DNA of 64,000 nucleotides from a virus (IMGVR_UViG_3300032298_001038:96001-160000), one strand, 5' to 3'. Positions 46,408 through 55,088 are shown, numbered from the stretch's first letter. Notes: a model not told the origin generated them from the letters alone. Translations and numbers: made by a program.

Positions 46408-46825
46408 GCTTTGCCTTCTTTGTTATGTTCTTTTTGGGTGCAACACGCGCCTGTTTCTTGACAGGCGCATTAATACGATCAACCCGCGCCGCGACGAACT
46501 CTTCGCCCTCGTCTGTCGCGCCGGTCATATCAAGTTTTCCAAGTTTCTCGCGCAATGCACGAAGAACTTCGGTGGCTATTCCTTGTCGACGATGCTGCTC
46601 GTCAACGTGGACCCACTCGACGTACAGGCTGTACGGGTTGGGCCATAAAACCACTTCGCATACTGGGCGGGGCGGCGAGTCGTAGTTGCGACCCCACACC
46701 GTAAATAACTCGCGCGGATACCCTGCATTAGGGTTGCGCACGACGCAGTGGTGAAAGATATCAAAACGTTTAGTTTGGATGAACGGACTGTACCCGCCAG
46801 TGAACGGCGAGAAATCCGGTTTCAT
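46385..46825 (-). CDS. GNAT-family acetyltransferase
   Basis: YVEWVHVDEQHRRQGIATEVL acetyl-CoA motif; start ATG 46825. Confidence 0.75.
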   Translation of the reverse strand: MKPDFSPFTGGYSPFIQTKRFDIFHHCVVRNPNAGYPRELFTVWGRNYDSPPRPVCEVVLWPNPYSLYVEWVHVDEQHRRQGIATEVLRALREKLGKLDMTGATDEGEEFVAARVDRINAPVKKQARVAPKKNITKKAKRVSRKRN

Positions 46826-46826
46826 C

Positions 46827-47018
46827 TCAGTTTTGGGTTTCAATCTGCTGCTCATTGGACGCCGCGTAGTAATCGCCGGTCAGGGTCTCGTCCGTCTTGG
46901 CGCCCAGAGCCTGCTCCAGCGCCCGCGACGCCTCCTGACACGAACTGCCGGTGAAGCCGAACGTCTCAATCTTGGTCTCGCCCGTGGGCGACACAACAAC
47001 CTGAATGGTCTTACTCAT
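46827..47018 (-). CDS. DUF2997 family protein
   Basis: IQVVVSPTGETKIETFGFTGSSCQEASRALEQALG. Confidence 0.8.
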   Translation of the reverse strand: MSKTIQVVVSPTGETKIETFGFTGSSCQEASRALEQALGAKTDETLTGDYYAASNEQQIETQN

Positions 47019-47021
47019 GTA

Positions 47022-47387
47022 TCAAGCCTCTACCGTGATGTTAAGTTTGATCGAACCGTCGGGCAGCGTCTCTTCGTAAACCGAGTAACCACCCTTCTGT
47101 GCCTCGTAAATCGCCTTTTCGACCGCGTACGCTTGAAGAAACTTATCGAGTTCTTCCTGCTTACCCCAGTTGCCGTTGTAATTGTCGTAAGCCGCGGCTC
47201 CGGTTTCCGTATTGAACACGGCGGGGTACGACCAGCCGGGCAACCTGACCGCGAGACCATCGGCGGATTGACCAGCAAATAATACATGATGACCGGCGAC
47301 GGGCTGCTCAAGGCCAAGGCGCTTGCAGGCCGACATTACGGCCGTCGCGTCACGAACTTCAGTTTTGATTTGTACGATGTGTGACAT
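47022..47387 (-). CDS. DUF1257 (Ycf35-like) protein
   Basis: MSHIVQIKTEVRD..YDNYNGNWG..FLQAYAVEKA..LPDGSIKL. Confidence 0.8.
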   Translation of the reverse strand: MSHIVQIKTEVRDATAVMSACKRLGLEQPVAGHHVLFAGQSADGLAVRLPGWSYPAVFNTETGAAAYDNYNGNWGKQEELDKFLQAYAVEKAIYEAQKGGYSVYEETLPDGSIKLNITVEA

Positions 47388-47399
47388 GTGTTATGTGTG

Positions 47400-47633
47400 T
47401 TAGCAGGTGACAATGACTTCGGCTTTTGTTTCGACCCACACGTGAGCGCCGCAACTCAGTGGCTTTTCCGGCGAATAAATAGCATTAGCCGGTCCTTTGA
47501 TTTCCAGTTTTTCGACAGGGTATGACTTGTTGCGCCACTGCACTGTGATAACGTTGTTTCGTTCGCCTTTGGTTTTGTTTCGGCGAATCATGTGCTGATT
47601 TACGTGAATTCGTTTTATCGTGCCGCGGGGCAT
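47400..47633 (-). CDS. Conserved small phage protein
   Basis: RIHVNQHMIRRN..YSPEKPLSCGAHVWVET; start ATG 47633. Confidence 0.75.
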   Translation of the reverse strand: MPRGTIKRIHVNQHMIRRNKTKGERNNVITVQWRNKSYPVEKLEIKGPANAIYSPEKPLSCGAHVWVETKAEVIVTC

Positions 47634-47821
47634 AATGATCGTGCGCCCGGGCGTAAGTTTTTCGCGCCGCACAAAGCGGCAAATAGTAGCAGGCACGTTA
47701 TGGCCTCCGGATTTGGCGCGACCAGAGTGGTCTCGCACGGGCGCAAGCGCGCCTAGATGCCTACCCGCCCGGAGCCGGCCGCAGCGCAGCGACCGACCCC
47801 GTGGGCGGGAGGCTAGACAAA

Positions 47822-48730
47822 TCAGTTACCGAACGTCTGAGACAACTGCTCAGCCGCGGTCAGGATGCGGCCAGCAGCCTGAAAAGAACCGCCGCAGGCT
47901 TCAACAAAAGCCTCGGCAGCCTGCAACTGCGACATCGGCACCTTGAAGCCGTTCGCGGTTGTGGGCCGGGCTTTGTTGGCCTCGCGGCGCGGTGCTGCGG
48001 TCGGCGCAGCCGCCGTGGTGACATCACGCTTCTTGGCCTTCAGGGCCGACCGGCTCTTCTCGGGCGTCGACGCAGTCGCCGTGGTCGCCGCAGGACGGCC
48101 ACGAGTCTTGCCGCCCAGTCCGGCTTTCTTCAGCAACTGGCTGACCTGCGCCGGGCTGACCGTGATCTTTTTCTTAGCCAGCGTATCGACGATGTCCTTG
48201 CCACGAAGCGACTCACCGACCTTGTGCCGGCGAGCAATCTCAGCCCGAACGTGATCCGACAAACTCATCTTTTCTGCCATGACAACATCATCCTCAGTGG
48301 TATCGGAGACTTCCTCGTCTCCGGCTTCTTCTTCGTCGTCAGCCACAGCGGTGACGACCTCTGCATCGTCTTCGACAACGTTCTGACTTTCGTCATCGAC
48401 GTCGCCATCCTCGTAATCCGGTTCTTCATCGTCGGCTTCGTCTTCTTCGGCTTCTTCGTCGCCGTCGTCATCGTCGCCTTCGAGTTCGCCGGTTACTTCG
48501 GACGCGTCTTCTGCTTCGACAGCCGCGAGTTCGTCATCATCGACGTCTGCGCTGGCCAACTCGGCATCGACATCTATTTCTTCGTCGTCCATGACATCGT
48601 CTGAATTGGTCATCTTCCCTGTAACCTTTTCCGTGGCTGGCTTGGAAGTTGGCTGCTTCGTAGTTGGAAGCGGCTTGCCCCACAAGTTGGTCGGACTGAT
48701 GAGTCCACCAGTCGACAATTTCTTTGCCAT
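47822..48730 (-). CDS. Bipartite protein: acidic N-half, basic HTH-like C-half
   Basis: D/E-rich stretch, then SLSDHVRAEI..GKDIVDTLAKKKITVSPAQVSQLLKK. Confidence 0.75.
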   Translation of the reverse strand: MAKKLSTGGLISPTNLWGKPLPTTKQPTSKPATEKVTGKMTNSDDVMDDEEIDVDAELASADVDDDELAAVEAEDASEVTGELEGDDDDGDEEAEEDEADDEEPDYEDGDVDDESQNVVEDDAEVVTAVADDEEEAGDEEVSDTTEDDVVMAEKMSLSDHVRAEIARRHKVGESLRGKDIVDTLAKKKITVSPAQVSQLLKKAGLGGKTRGRPAATTATASTPEKSRSALKAKKRDVTTAAAPTAAPRREANKARPTTANGFKVPMSQLQAAEAFVEACGGSFQAAGRILTAAEQLSQTFGN

Positions 48731-48794
48731 AAATCCTCTCTCCAGTAACGCGCCGACGCCGACCGTTTCGGGTCTTTAAACGCGTCTTGAATGC

Positions 48795-48822
48795 ACGATA
48801 TACGGGGGGAAAGAAAAATCAA
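48795..48822 (-). promoter_or_regulatory. Sigma70-like promoter TTGATT-N16-TATCGT
   Basis: Read directly in the gap upstream of 47822-48730. Confidence 0.5.
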
Positions 48823-48876
48823 TCCCCCTGTCAATTTTTTTCTGCGGCGCAATGAAAACCGGCTGAAAAGCGAGCG

Positions 48877-49353
48877 TTAGCCGCTTTTGCCGAGAATCGT
48901 TTTCCGCAACTTCTCGATTTCGTCAGCCGTGCTGACGGCGAAGATTCCGGGGGCGACTTCCTCTCCCGCAATATCGATCGCTGCGGGTGGTGTCGTGGGC
49001 GCCGAAGCCCCCGGCGGAATAGTGCAGTTTGCTCCGCGGAGCCACTGCTGATTTAACTCGGGCCACTGTTCCATAGAGTGGATGGCGCCGAGAAGATTCC
49101 AAGCGGCGTGCGCGAGATGATCTTCGCTTCTATCGCCGCCGAGAAACTTGTAGACATGCGCAATTGCGTGATTGAGCAGGTCGGTGACGGGCATGCCGTT
49201 TTCCCAGTTAAACTGGCCAAACTTCGCAGCACCCTCAGCGTATGTTTCTGCTAACCGTCGCAACCCGATCGGCGTGATCAGGTCGTAACGTGTTTGCTCG
49301 CAGTCGGCGCTGCGAACTGCGCCTGTGTCATACTCACGGCGTTCTTGCGTCAT
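48877..49353 (-). CDS. dATP/dGTP diphosphohydrolase-like protein (DUF5664)
   Basis: TGAVRS..RYDLI..GLRRLAETYAEGAAKFG..NWENG..HAIAH..EDHLAHAAWN; start ATG 49353. Confidence 0.85.
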   Translation of the reverse strand: MTQERREYDTGAVRSADCEQTRYDLITPIGLRRLAETYAEGAAKFGQFNWENGMPVTDLLNHAIAHVYKFLGGDRSEDHLAHAAWNLLGAIHSMEQWPELNQQWLRGANCTIPPGASAPTTPPAAIDIAGEEVAPGIFAVSTADEIEKLRKTILGKSG

Positions 49354-49645
49354 TGGTTTCTTCCTGAAACGCAAAATAAAGTCGCGGCGTGTCGATGAAG
49401 GCCACGGTGCCGCGGGTGCCGTCGGCCTTTTTAATTACATGCACATACGGCGGATCGAAGTGCGAAACTTCGAAAACTTCCATGAGTTCGTCGTTAGACC
49501 AGACAGGGTTATTTGTCCGCGCCAGCGCGGCCTTTGCCTCGTCTGAACTCATGTGCGCGTATTGCGCCGCCAAAATGCGCGCTACGCCCTGCTGGGACGC
49601 GACGATTTCAATATCTGTATTTGGCGCAATCTTCGTCTTATCCAT
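49334..49645 (-). CDS. Conserved hypothetical protein (W..EL..F.V..F.PP.V.V.K.DG.RG...F...PR.YF type)
   Basis: WSNDELMEVFEVSHFDPPYVHVIKKADGTRGTVAFIDTPRLYF; start ATG 49645. Confidence 0.7.
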   Translation of the reverse strand: MDKTKIAPNTDIEIVASQQGVARILAAQYAHMSSDEAKAALARTNNPVWSNDELMEVFEVSHFDPPYVHVIKKADGTRGTVAFIDTPRLYFAFQEETNDARTP

Positions 49646-50036
49646 TTGTTGTTGGATTGTCTTGCTTTGGCAAATTGTTGATGGTCTCTGTGCGTTCTTT
49701 GATTGTTTCGGCCAGTTGCGCCGCGTACGTGTCAAACATCTTGATCTGATTAATCAGGTCTCGGTTGACTTCTACGTTGAACGCCGCGAGGCGTGTCAGC
49801 AGGCGCAGCAGGCTCGCCATGTACGGCGGCGTCGCATCGCGAAGCCGCAGCAAACCAGACGGAGCGTTTTCGGGCTGGTTGACCCAGAGCGGGATGAGTG
49901 CAATTCCGTGCAGTTCCGGCACCTTGGTCAGCGCTTCAACTGTGAACGCTTCTACGAGTTTGAAAAACTCGGCGTCAAACGGTAAACGAGTTTGAACGGC
50001 TGCGTTTTCAGTGGCTGGGGCCGGTTGGGCTTCCAT
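49638..50036 (-). CDS. Hypothetical protein
   Basis: Start ATG 50036 (MEAQP). Confidence 0.65.
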   Translation of the reverse strand: MEAQPAPATENAAVQTRLPFDAEFFKLVEAFTVEALTKVPELHGIALIPLWVNQPENAPSGLLRLRDATPPYMASLLRLLTRLAAFNVEVNRDLINQIKMFDTYAAQLAETIKERTETINNLPKQDNPTTNG

Positions 50037-50049
50037 GCTTTTCTCCAAA

Positions 50050-50400
50050 TTAAAGGATGGGGGGATCGTATCGCATTCGGCTCGGCACAAGGCCGTCGAT
50101 TAAGTTTCCGATTCGTGTTGCGGCCAAACCGTACACCACGACGCGAACGAGTGCGGCTATCGTACCGCCGAACGTGTCGCCTGCCAAGAGGAGCAGGAAC
50201 AAGTAGATTGGGATATGATAACTCTTGCAAAACGGGCACATAATGAGTTCCCACAGGCGACCCTTTGCCGACTCCGGCGCTGAGACGTCCTGCCACGCCT
50301 GCACGTACGCGCGGGCGGTTTCAAATATGGAACCCTTGTGCCAGACCTCGATGATTGCGCCGGAAGCAAACACGACTGCAACGAAGTCGAGCGCGTTCAT
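50050..50400 (-). CDS. DUF1360-like membrane protein
   Basis: LIMCPFCKSYH plus hydrophobic helices. Confidence 0.6.
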   Translation of the reverse strand: MNALDFVAVVFASGAIIEVWHKGSIFETARAYVQAWQDVSAPESAKGRLWELIMCPFCKSYHIPIYLFLLLLAGDTFGGTIAALVRVVVYGLAATRIGNLIDGLVPSRMRYDPPIL

Positions 50401-50592
50401 TTATGAACCCTTTCGCTTGCGGGAATTTTCTCCGCGTTTAATAGCATTGGTAGCGACCAGCATAAAATAGCAAGCGACAAGCGCCGCCAGCATGCTGTAG
50501 CCGCCAACAGTGTATGAACTAATCAGACCGCCGGCTAGAACAAACGCGGCGATCTGAACAAAAGTCTTGTTGACGTCTGGGCTGTCACTCAT
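50401..50592 (-). CDS. Small two-helix membrane protein
   Basis: Two hydrophobic segments and a basic tail. Confidence 0.6.
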   Translation of the reverse strand: MSDSPDVNKTFVQIAAFVLAGGLISSYTVGGYSMLAALVACYFMLVATNAIKRGENSRKRKGS

Positions 50593-50891
50593 TGATCACA
50601 TTCTGTGCAAACCCCGCTAGGCCATGGTTGCGTCTTTCCTCCGTCGACGTACTTTCGTGCGTACAGGAATTTGGGCAGGGGCAATGGTGCCTCTAATTTT
50701 AGATGATTTACAGGGTTATCGGGCAGGTACGCTTGAGGAGCCGGGCCGCGCAACGTATTCTGGTACGCAGGCAGTCGGCGCTCCATGTAGAGTTTTGCGC
50801 TTTTTCCGAATTGTGGCATAGTGTACTCCAATACAGCGGCAAGATACTGTTTAGTATACTCGCCGCTGCACGTCGGAACTACGCCCGCCAT
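50589..50891 (-). CDS. Hypothetical protein
   Basis: 100 aa, coupled. Confidence 0.6.
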   Translation of the reverse strand: MAGVVPTCSGEYTKQYLAAVLEYTMPQFGKSAKLYMERRLPAYQNTLRGPAPQAYLPDNPVNHLKLEAPLPLPKFLYARKYVDGGKTQPWPSGVCTECDQ

Positions 50892-51085
50892 TCGCGGTAC
50901 GCTTGAAATAAACGAACGCCGGTAAGTATGAGCAAAACAAAAGTTTTGGAAACTACTTCAAAGACTAACCCGCACAAGTAGTTGACGCCATCTTCCAACC
51001 ACTGCAATTCAGGCTCGTCATCTGGTAAGTTTCTGTTACCGGGCTGTTCGTAAGGCACAATTATCCGACCGTCATAATCGCGCAT
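50879..51085 (-). CDS. Small membrane-anchored protein (68 aa)
   Basis: Start ATG 51085 (MRDYDG) preceded by AGGTG; C-terminal hydrophobic helix. Confidence 0.55.
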   Translation of the reverse strand: MRDYDGRIIVPYEQPGNRNLPDDEPELQWLEDGVNYLCGLVFEVVSKTFVLLILTGVRLFQAYREWRA

Positions 51086-53011
51086 ATGGCACCTAATAGT
51101 ACGCAGGACTTGCCTGCAAATAACACAGCAGCGATCGAAGTCGCGAATCTTGGCGTTCGGTCGCTGCTGGAAGAACTGGCGTCGATTAACGCCACGGATC
51201 AGAAAGCCGCGCAAGCACGCTGTCGCGTGTTAGGTGCTCTTGCGCAGCAACGTGTATTTTCGTCTTTAGAGCCGCTACTGCCGTTGGTGTTGAACCTAAA
51301 CGGTAAGCCGTACACTCTAGATAATCACTACCCGTTTTCCCCACTTTTTCGTTGCCTGACACCGAAGAATCAGGTGTGGTGCACGGGCCGTCAGGTGTCG
51401 AAGTCTACGAGTCTGGCCGCGCACGGCGTTGTGGTGGCGAACTCCATTCCGTTTTTCAAAACGTTGTTCATCACGCCGTTGTACGAGCAGATTCGTCGGT
51501 TTTCAAATAACTATGTCCGACCTTTCATCGATCAATCACCAGTAAAGGTGTTATGGTCAGGCACGACGACCGAAAACTCAGTTCTGCAACGTTCGTTCAA
51601 AAACAACTCAATGATGTTGTTCTCATTTGCGTTGCTTGACGCTGACCGCGTCCGTGGTGTGTCTGCTGACCGTGTGTGCATCGACGAAGTGCAGGACATG
51701 GACCCCGATCACGTTCCTATCATTCAAGAAACCATGTCGTACTCCAAATGGGGGACCATGTATTTCACAGGAACGCCGAAGACCTTCGACAATTTAATTT
51801 ACGGTTTGTATAAACGTTCGTCGCAAGCGGAATGGTTTATACCGTGTCACTCGTGCCGGCACTGGAACATCCCGGCGCTCGAACACGATCTTGACGCGAT
51901 GATTGGCCCGTGGTCGCCGCACATTAGCGAGAAGTATCCCGGCACCGTGTGCGCAAAGTGTCAAAAACCCATCAGCCCGCGGCACGGTCGGTGGGTGCAT
52001 CGCTATCCTGAGCGGCGTTGGCAGTTTGCCGGCTACCACGTTCCGCAGATTATCTTGCCGCTGCACTTCTCCGATCCCGACAAGTGGACGACGCTGCTGT
52101 TGAAGCGCGAAGGCTTTGGCAACATGACGCAGGCCCAGTTCTACAACGAAGTCATGGGCGAGAGTATTGACACTGGTCAAAAACTCGTCAGTGAGACTGA
52201 TTTAAAGGGCGCGTGCTTGTTGAAGTGGGAGAACAAGAAAGAACCAGACCCACAATGCTATCAAAACCTGATGAAGTACCGGCACCGCGTCTTGGCAATC
52301 GACTGGGGCGGTGGCGGCGAAGAAGGCGTTAGTTTCACCGCGATTGCCGTGATGGGTTTTTTACCAGACGGCAGAATCGATGTGTTGTGGGGCAAACGCC
52401 TGCTCATCGGCGGTGATCATTTGCAGGAAGCCATCGAGTGCATGAAGTGGTGCAACAAGTTTAAGTGCGATCTTGTAGCCCACGACTATACCGGCGCCGG
52501 CACCGTGCGCGAGACGGTGATGGTGCAGGCCGGTTTCAATCTTGACCGCGTCATGGCAATGCGTCTCGTCCGCTCAGCAGCGCAAGACATCATTGTCTAC
52601 AAAGAGCCGACACCGATTAATCATCGGCAGCATTACAGCCTCGACAAGACGCGCAGTCTGCTGTACACATGCCAAGCGATCAAAATGAAACAACTGCGAT
52701 TTTTTCAATACGACTGGTCATCGCAAGATGCGCCCGGAATTGTTGCTGACTTTCTGGCGTTGGTCGAAAACAAGACAGAGTCGCGACTTGGCGGCGACAT
52801 CTATACTATTACGCGCAACACGCTGCTGACTGACGACTTTGCGCAGGCTGTCAATCTTGGTGCGTGCGCGTTGTGGCACGTGTGCCAAGCGTGGCCTAAT
52901 TTTGCGCAACTGGCCGGCGTCGGGCGGATTACCGCAAAACAGGTGGCACAAGAACGCGACATTGACTGGGCCGACGACTCTATCGGCAACAGTTACTTTG
53001 GCGGTTATTAA
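51086..53011 (+). CDS. terL: Terminase large subunit with Zn ribbon
   Basis: Walker A-like GRQVSKST, Walker B CIDEVQD, FTGTP, CHSC..CAKC, nuclease AIDWGGG and DDFAQA. Confidence 0.9.
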   Translation: MAPNSTQDLPANNTAAIEVANLGVRSLLEELASINATDQKAAQARCRVLGALAQQRVFSSLEPLLPLVLNLNGKPYTLDNHYPFSPLFRCLTPKNQVWCTGRQVSKSTSLAAHGVVVANSIPFFKTLFITPLYEQIRRFSNNYVRPFIDQSPVKVLWSGTTTENSVLQRSFKNNSMMLFSFALLDADRVRGVSADRVCIDEVQDMDPDHVPIIQETMSYSKWGTMYFTGTPKTFDNLIYGLYKRSSQAEWFIPCHSCRHWNIPALEHDLDAMIGPWSPHISEKYPGTVCAKCQKPISPRHGRWVHRYPERRWQFAGYHVPQIILPLHFSDPDKWTTLLLKREGFGNMTQAQFYNEVMGESIDTGQKLVSETDLKGACLLKWENKKEPDPQCYQNLMKYRHRVLAIDWGGGGEEGVSFTAIAVMGFLPDGRIDVLWGKRLLIGGDHLQEAIECMKWCNKFKCDLVAHDYTGAGTVRETVMVQAGFNLDRVMAMRLVRSAAQDIIVYKEPTPINHRQHYSLDKTRSLLYTCQAIKMKQLRFFQYDWSSQDAPGIVADFLALVENKTESRLGGDIYTITRNTLLTDDFAQAVNLGACALWHVCQAWPNFAQLAGVGRITAKQVAQERDIDWADDSIGNSYFGGY

Positions 53012-53355
53012 TACAACCGCCAGCAGTAGTCTTTTAATTTTGCACGAAGACGGGCGATGTCGCGAATTGGGCAACTCTCGATTGCTCGAACGACTGCCAA
53101 CGCCTGATCGTGCAACGCGTTCGCAGCCTCCGAACAGTCCATGCTGCTCGCGTACAGTTGCCAATTTTCTCCGTCGCGCGGAATGGCCGGTGCACTACCT
53201 TTTACCGCGTCGTCTACAATTTTCTGAAAAACGCCGTCTGGCTCAGTGTCGTAGGCGCCGAACTCCCTGTACTTTTTTTGGACGGCTTCAAACTTTTTGA
53301 TTTCTTCGGCTACGGCTTCAACTATTGTTTTCTCTTGCGTGTCTGATTTCGTCAA
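53008..53355 (-). CDS. Hypothetical protein
   Basis: 115 aa; stop overlaps the terL stop in TTAA. Confidence 0.65.
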   Translation of the reverse strand: MTKSDTQEKTIVEAVAEEIKKFEAVQKKYREFGAYDTEPDGVFQKIVDDAVKGSAPAIPRDGENWQLYASSMDCSEAANALHDQALAVVRAIESCPIRDIARLRAKLKDYCWRLY

Positions 53356-53761
53356 CTTTCTGCTTCCCCTCGTCGGTAACGGAGAATGTAAAATCGTTAT
53401 TGTCTACGTCATACTGGCAGTCTAGCAGGTTTTGTTTTACGCCTTCTTGCAAGACGTTCGACATAATGCGATCCATGAGCGCGGCGAGCAGTTCATTTAT
53501 CTTTTTCTTGGCTTCTTCTTTCGTGTCACCGCCAACGGCGTAACCGTCATCGCTCACAAAACTGTGCTCTCGGACAATATTCTCGGCCTCCTGTAACGAC
53601 AAATACTGATGCTTTGTCTTTGCTTCGTCGTCGTTTGCGGGTGTTTCGTTTAGCCGAGAGATAAATCGCCCGTACATAATCAGCGCGGCGTCGCGCACTG
53701 CTGGAATAGTGCTGAGTTCAAACCGCGCGTCGGTGTCGCTGTAGTCGCTGTCGTCAAACAA
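53318..53761 (-). CDS. Hypothetical protein
   Basis: 147 aa. Confidence 0.7.
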   Translation of the reverse strand: MFDDSDYSDTDARFELSTIPAVRDAALIMYGRFISRLNETPANDDEAKTKHQYLSLQEAENIVREHSFVSDDGYAVGGDTKEEAKKKINELLAALMDRIMSNVLQEGVKQNLLDCQYDVDNNDFTFSVTDEGKQKVDEIRHARENNS

Positions 53762-54071
53762 CGTTCGCCGCCTCTAACCGCGCAGCGGCAATGGCCGCGT
53801 CATACGCGCCCTTGGCGAGAATGCGCGCCCGCACGGCGTCGCGCTGCCGCTCAAGATACGTCTGATACTCGCTGTCTGTGTTTACGACCGCCTCGGCAGA
53901 CGAAAACGAGTGCGGCTTGCCGGTAAACGAATTGTCACCGGCTTTCATGATGCGCTCAATTGCCGTCAACTTGACGTTTGCCCGCGCGTCTTCAAGCGCC
54001 TGTTCGTGCGCGACAGCGTCGGCAAGATTTCTAGCGGCGGCATTGATTGCGGCAACAAAGTTATTTGTCAT
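53754..54071 (-). CDS. Helical hypothetical protein (weakly UvsY-like)
   Basis: SAEAVVNTDSEYQTY; UvsY resemblance is weak. Confidence 0.6.
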   Translation of the reverse strand: MTNNFVAAINAAARNLADAVAHEQALEDARANVKLTAIERIMKAGDNSFTGKPHSFSSAEAVVNTDSEYQTYLERQRDAVRARILAKGAYDAAIAAARLEAANVV

Positions 54072-54282
54072 AGTTTTTTAGGTCTTTCTTTGCCTGAAGT
54101 TCTTTTGCTGTTGGAATACGTTTCGGAAATTTTTCTGGGTGGCACAACTGGCACGACGCCTTGTTGCATCCGTTATGTGTTTTTCGAAACCTACCGGGCT
54201 TGTCGTATTCGTATCCGTTGATCTGCCGCGATTCTTCGCGGCGCCGGTCGATAATGTGTTTTTCTTCGTGGTATCGTTTCAT
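54061..54282 (-). CDS. Small Cys/His phage protein
   Basis: GRFRKTHNGCNKASCQLCHP. Confidence 0.65.
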   Translation of the reverse strand: MKRYHEEKHIIDRRREESRQINGYEYDKPGRFRKTHNGCNKASCQLCHPEKFPKRIPTAKELQAKKDLKNYDK

Positions 54283-54303
54283 GTTGCGGTTCCATTAGGG
54301 CAA

Positions 54304-54376
54304 AGCCGGTGGTCGGAGTCGAACCGACGACAGGCAGTTTACAAAACTGCTACTCTACCAACTGAGTTACACCGGC
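54304..54376 (-). tRNA. trnT: tRNA-Thr(UGU), CCA not encoded
   Basis: GCCGGTG/CACCGGC acceptor stem, GCAGT-TTTGTAA-ACTGC anticodon arm, GGTTCGACTCC. Confidence 0.95.
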
Positions 54377-54384
54377 TAATGTGT

Positions 54385-54624
54385 TTACGGTTTGATTTTT
54401 TGTTGCTTCAACGCGCTGATGTATTTTACTACGTCGTCAAAACAGTCTTCGCACAACTCCATTCTGCACGTATCGCCGTCTTTTCGACTTGTGTAGCCCC
54501 ATGTAGCGCAGAGCGTAGCGCATTCGTAATCGTCGAGTATTGTTTTGCAACTTTTTTCGCACACGTCGCAAAATATGTCGACGAGCGCGAGATGCGTTTG
54601 CTGCTGTTTTTCATATTTTTTCAT
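54385..54624 (-). CDS. Small Zn-finger protein
   Basis: CDVC..CEDC; ATGA overlap. Confidence 0.7.
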   Translation of the reverse strand: MKKYEKQQQTHLALVDIFCDVCEKSCKTILDDYECATLCATWGYTSRKDGDTCRMELCEDCFDDVVKYISALKQQKIKP

Positions 54625-55088
54625 GTGGCTTCTTGTGTTATTTGCACGGGCCAAAAGTACGGGAGATAGATCGGGTCATCCCAGCCGAACTGGGAATAAT
54701 GCCTCAAATCCTTGCGCAATAGACTGCTGCGATGAGACGCGTGCAGTTCCGGCGAGCCGAACCATGCGGGGTAGCGGTTGACGTCGATTGTGGGCCGGAG
54801 CCGAGAGTATGCCGTTACGAACTCGTTCTCTAGCCGATCCTTAAATCCCCGCGACGTCCATTCGCGGCAAACTACGATTGCGTATACCAGAAGCGCAATC
54901 TCGTGTCCAGCCCACATCAAAACAGCGGGGTGGTGCTGCCAGCCTTTTTTGCCGGGCCTATGCTCGCCGATGGGTACGCCGCAGCAAAGCAAAATCTGCT
55001 TACACTCGACGCGTTGTTTTCCAAGGCGTTTGTTATCGAGGCATTTTGCCGATCTCCTAAAACTCGGGAGAGGCAAAAATGTTTGCAT
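54621..55088 (-). CDS. Pyrimidine-dimer DNA glycosylase / MSMEG_6728-family protein
   Basis: MQTFLP..LDNKRLGKQRVECKQIL..HHPAVLMW..HRSSLLRKD..Y. Confidence 0.88.
   Translation of the reverse strand: MQTFLPLPSFRRSAKCLDNKRLGKQRVECKQILLCCGVPIGEHRPGKKGWQHHPAVLMWAGHEIALLVYAIVVCREWTSRGFKDRLENEFVTAYSRLRPTIDVNRYPAWFGSPELHASHRSSLLRKDLRHYSQFGWDDPIYLPYFWPVQITQEAT

Noticed and set aside
45358-46461. 367-aa plus-strand ORF
   Set aside because: Antisense shadow of the GC3-biased AAA ATPase gene
47801-48604. 267-aa plus-strand ORF and (tcg/tcc)n microsatellite-like runs
   Set aside because: Shadow of the Asp/Glu-rich coding sequence; the same applies to 55091-55435
50050-51085. Lysis cassette
   Set aside because: Small membrane proteins are present but there is no recognisable endolysin or spanin, so a holin call is unsupported
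12767-53011. Inteins or introns in PolA, the helicases, RecA or terminase
   Set aside because: Motif spacing is continuous, with no C/S...HN splice motifs or LAGLIDADG blocks seen
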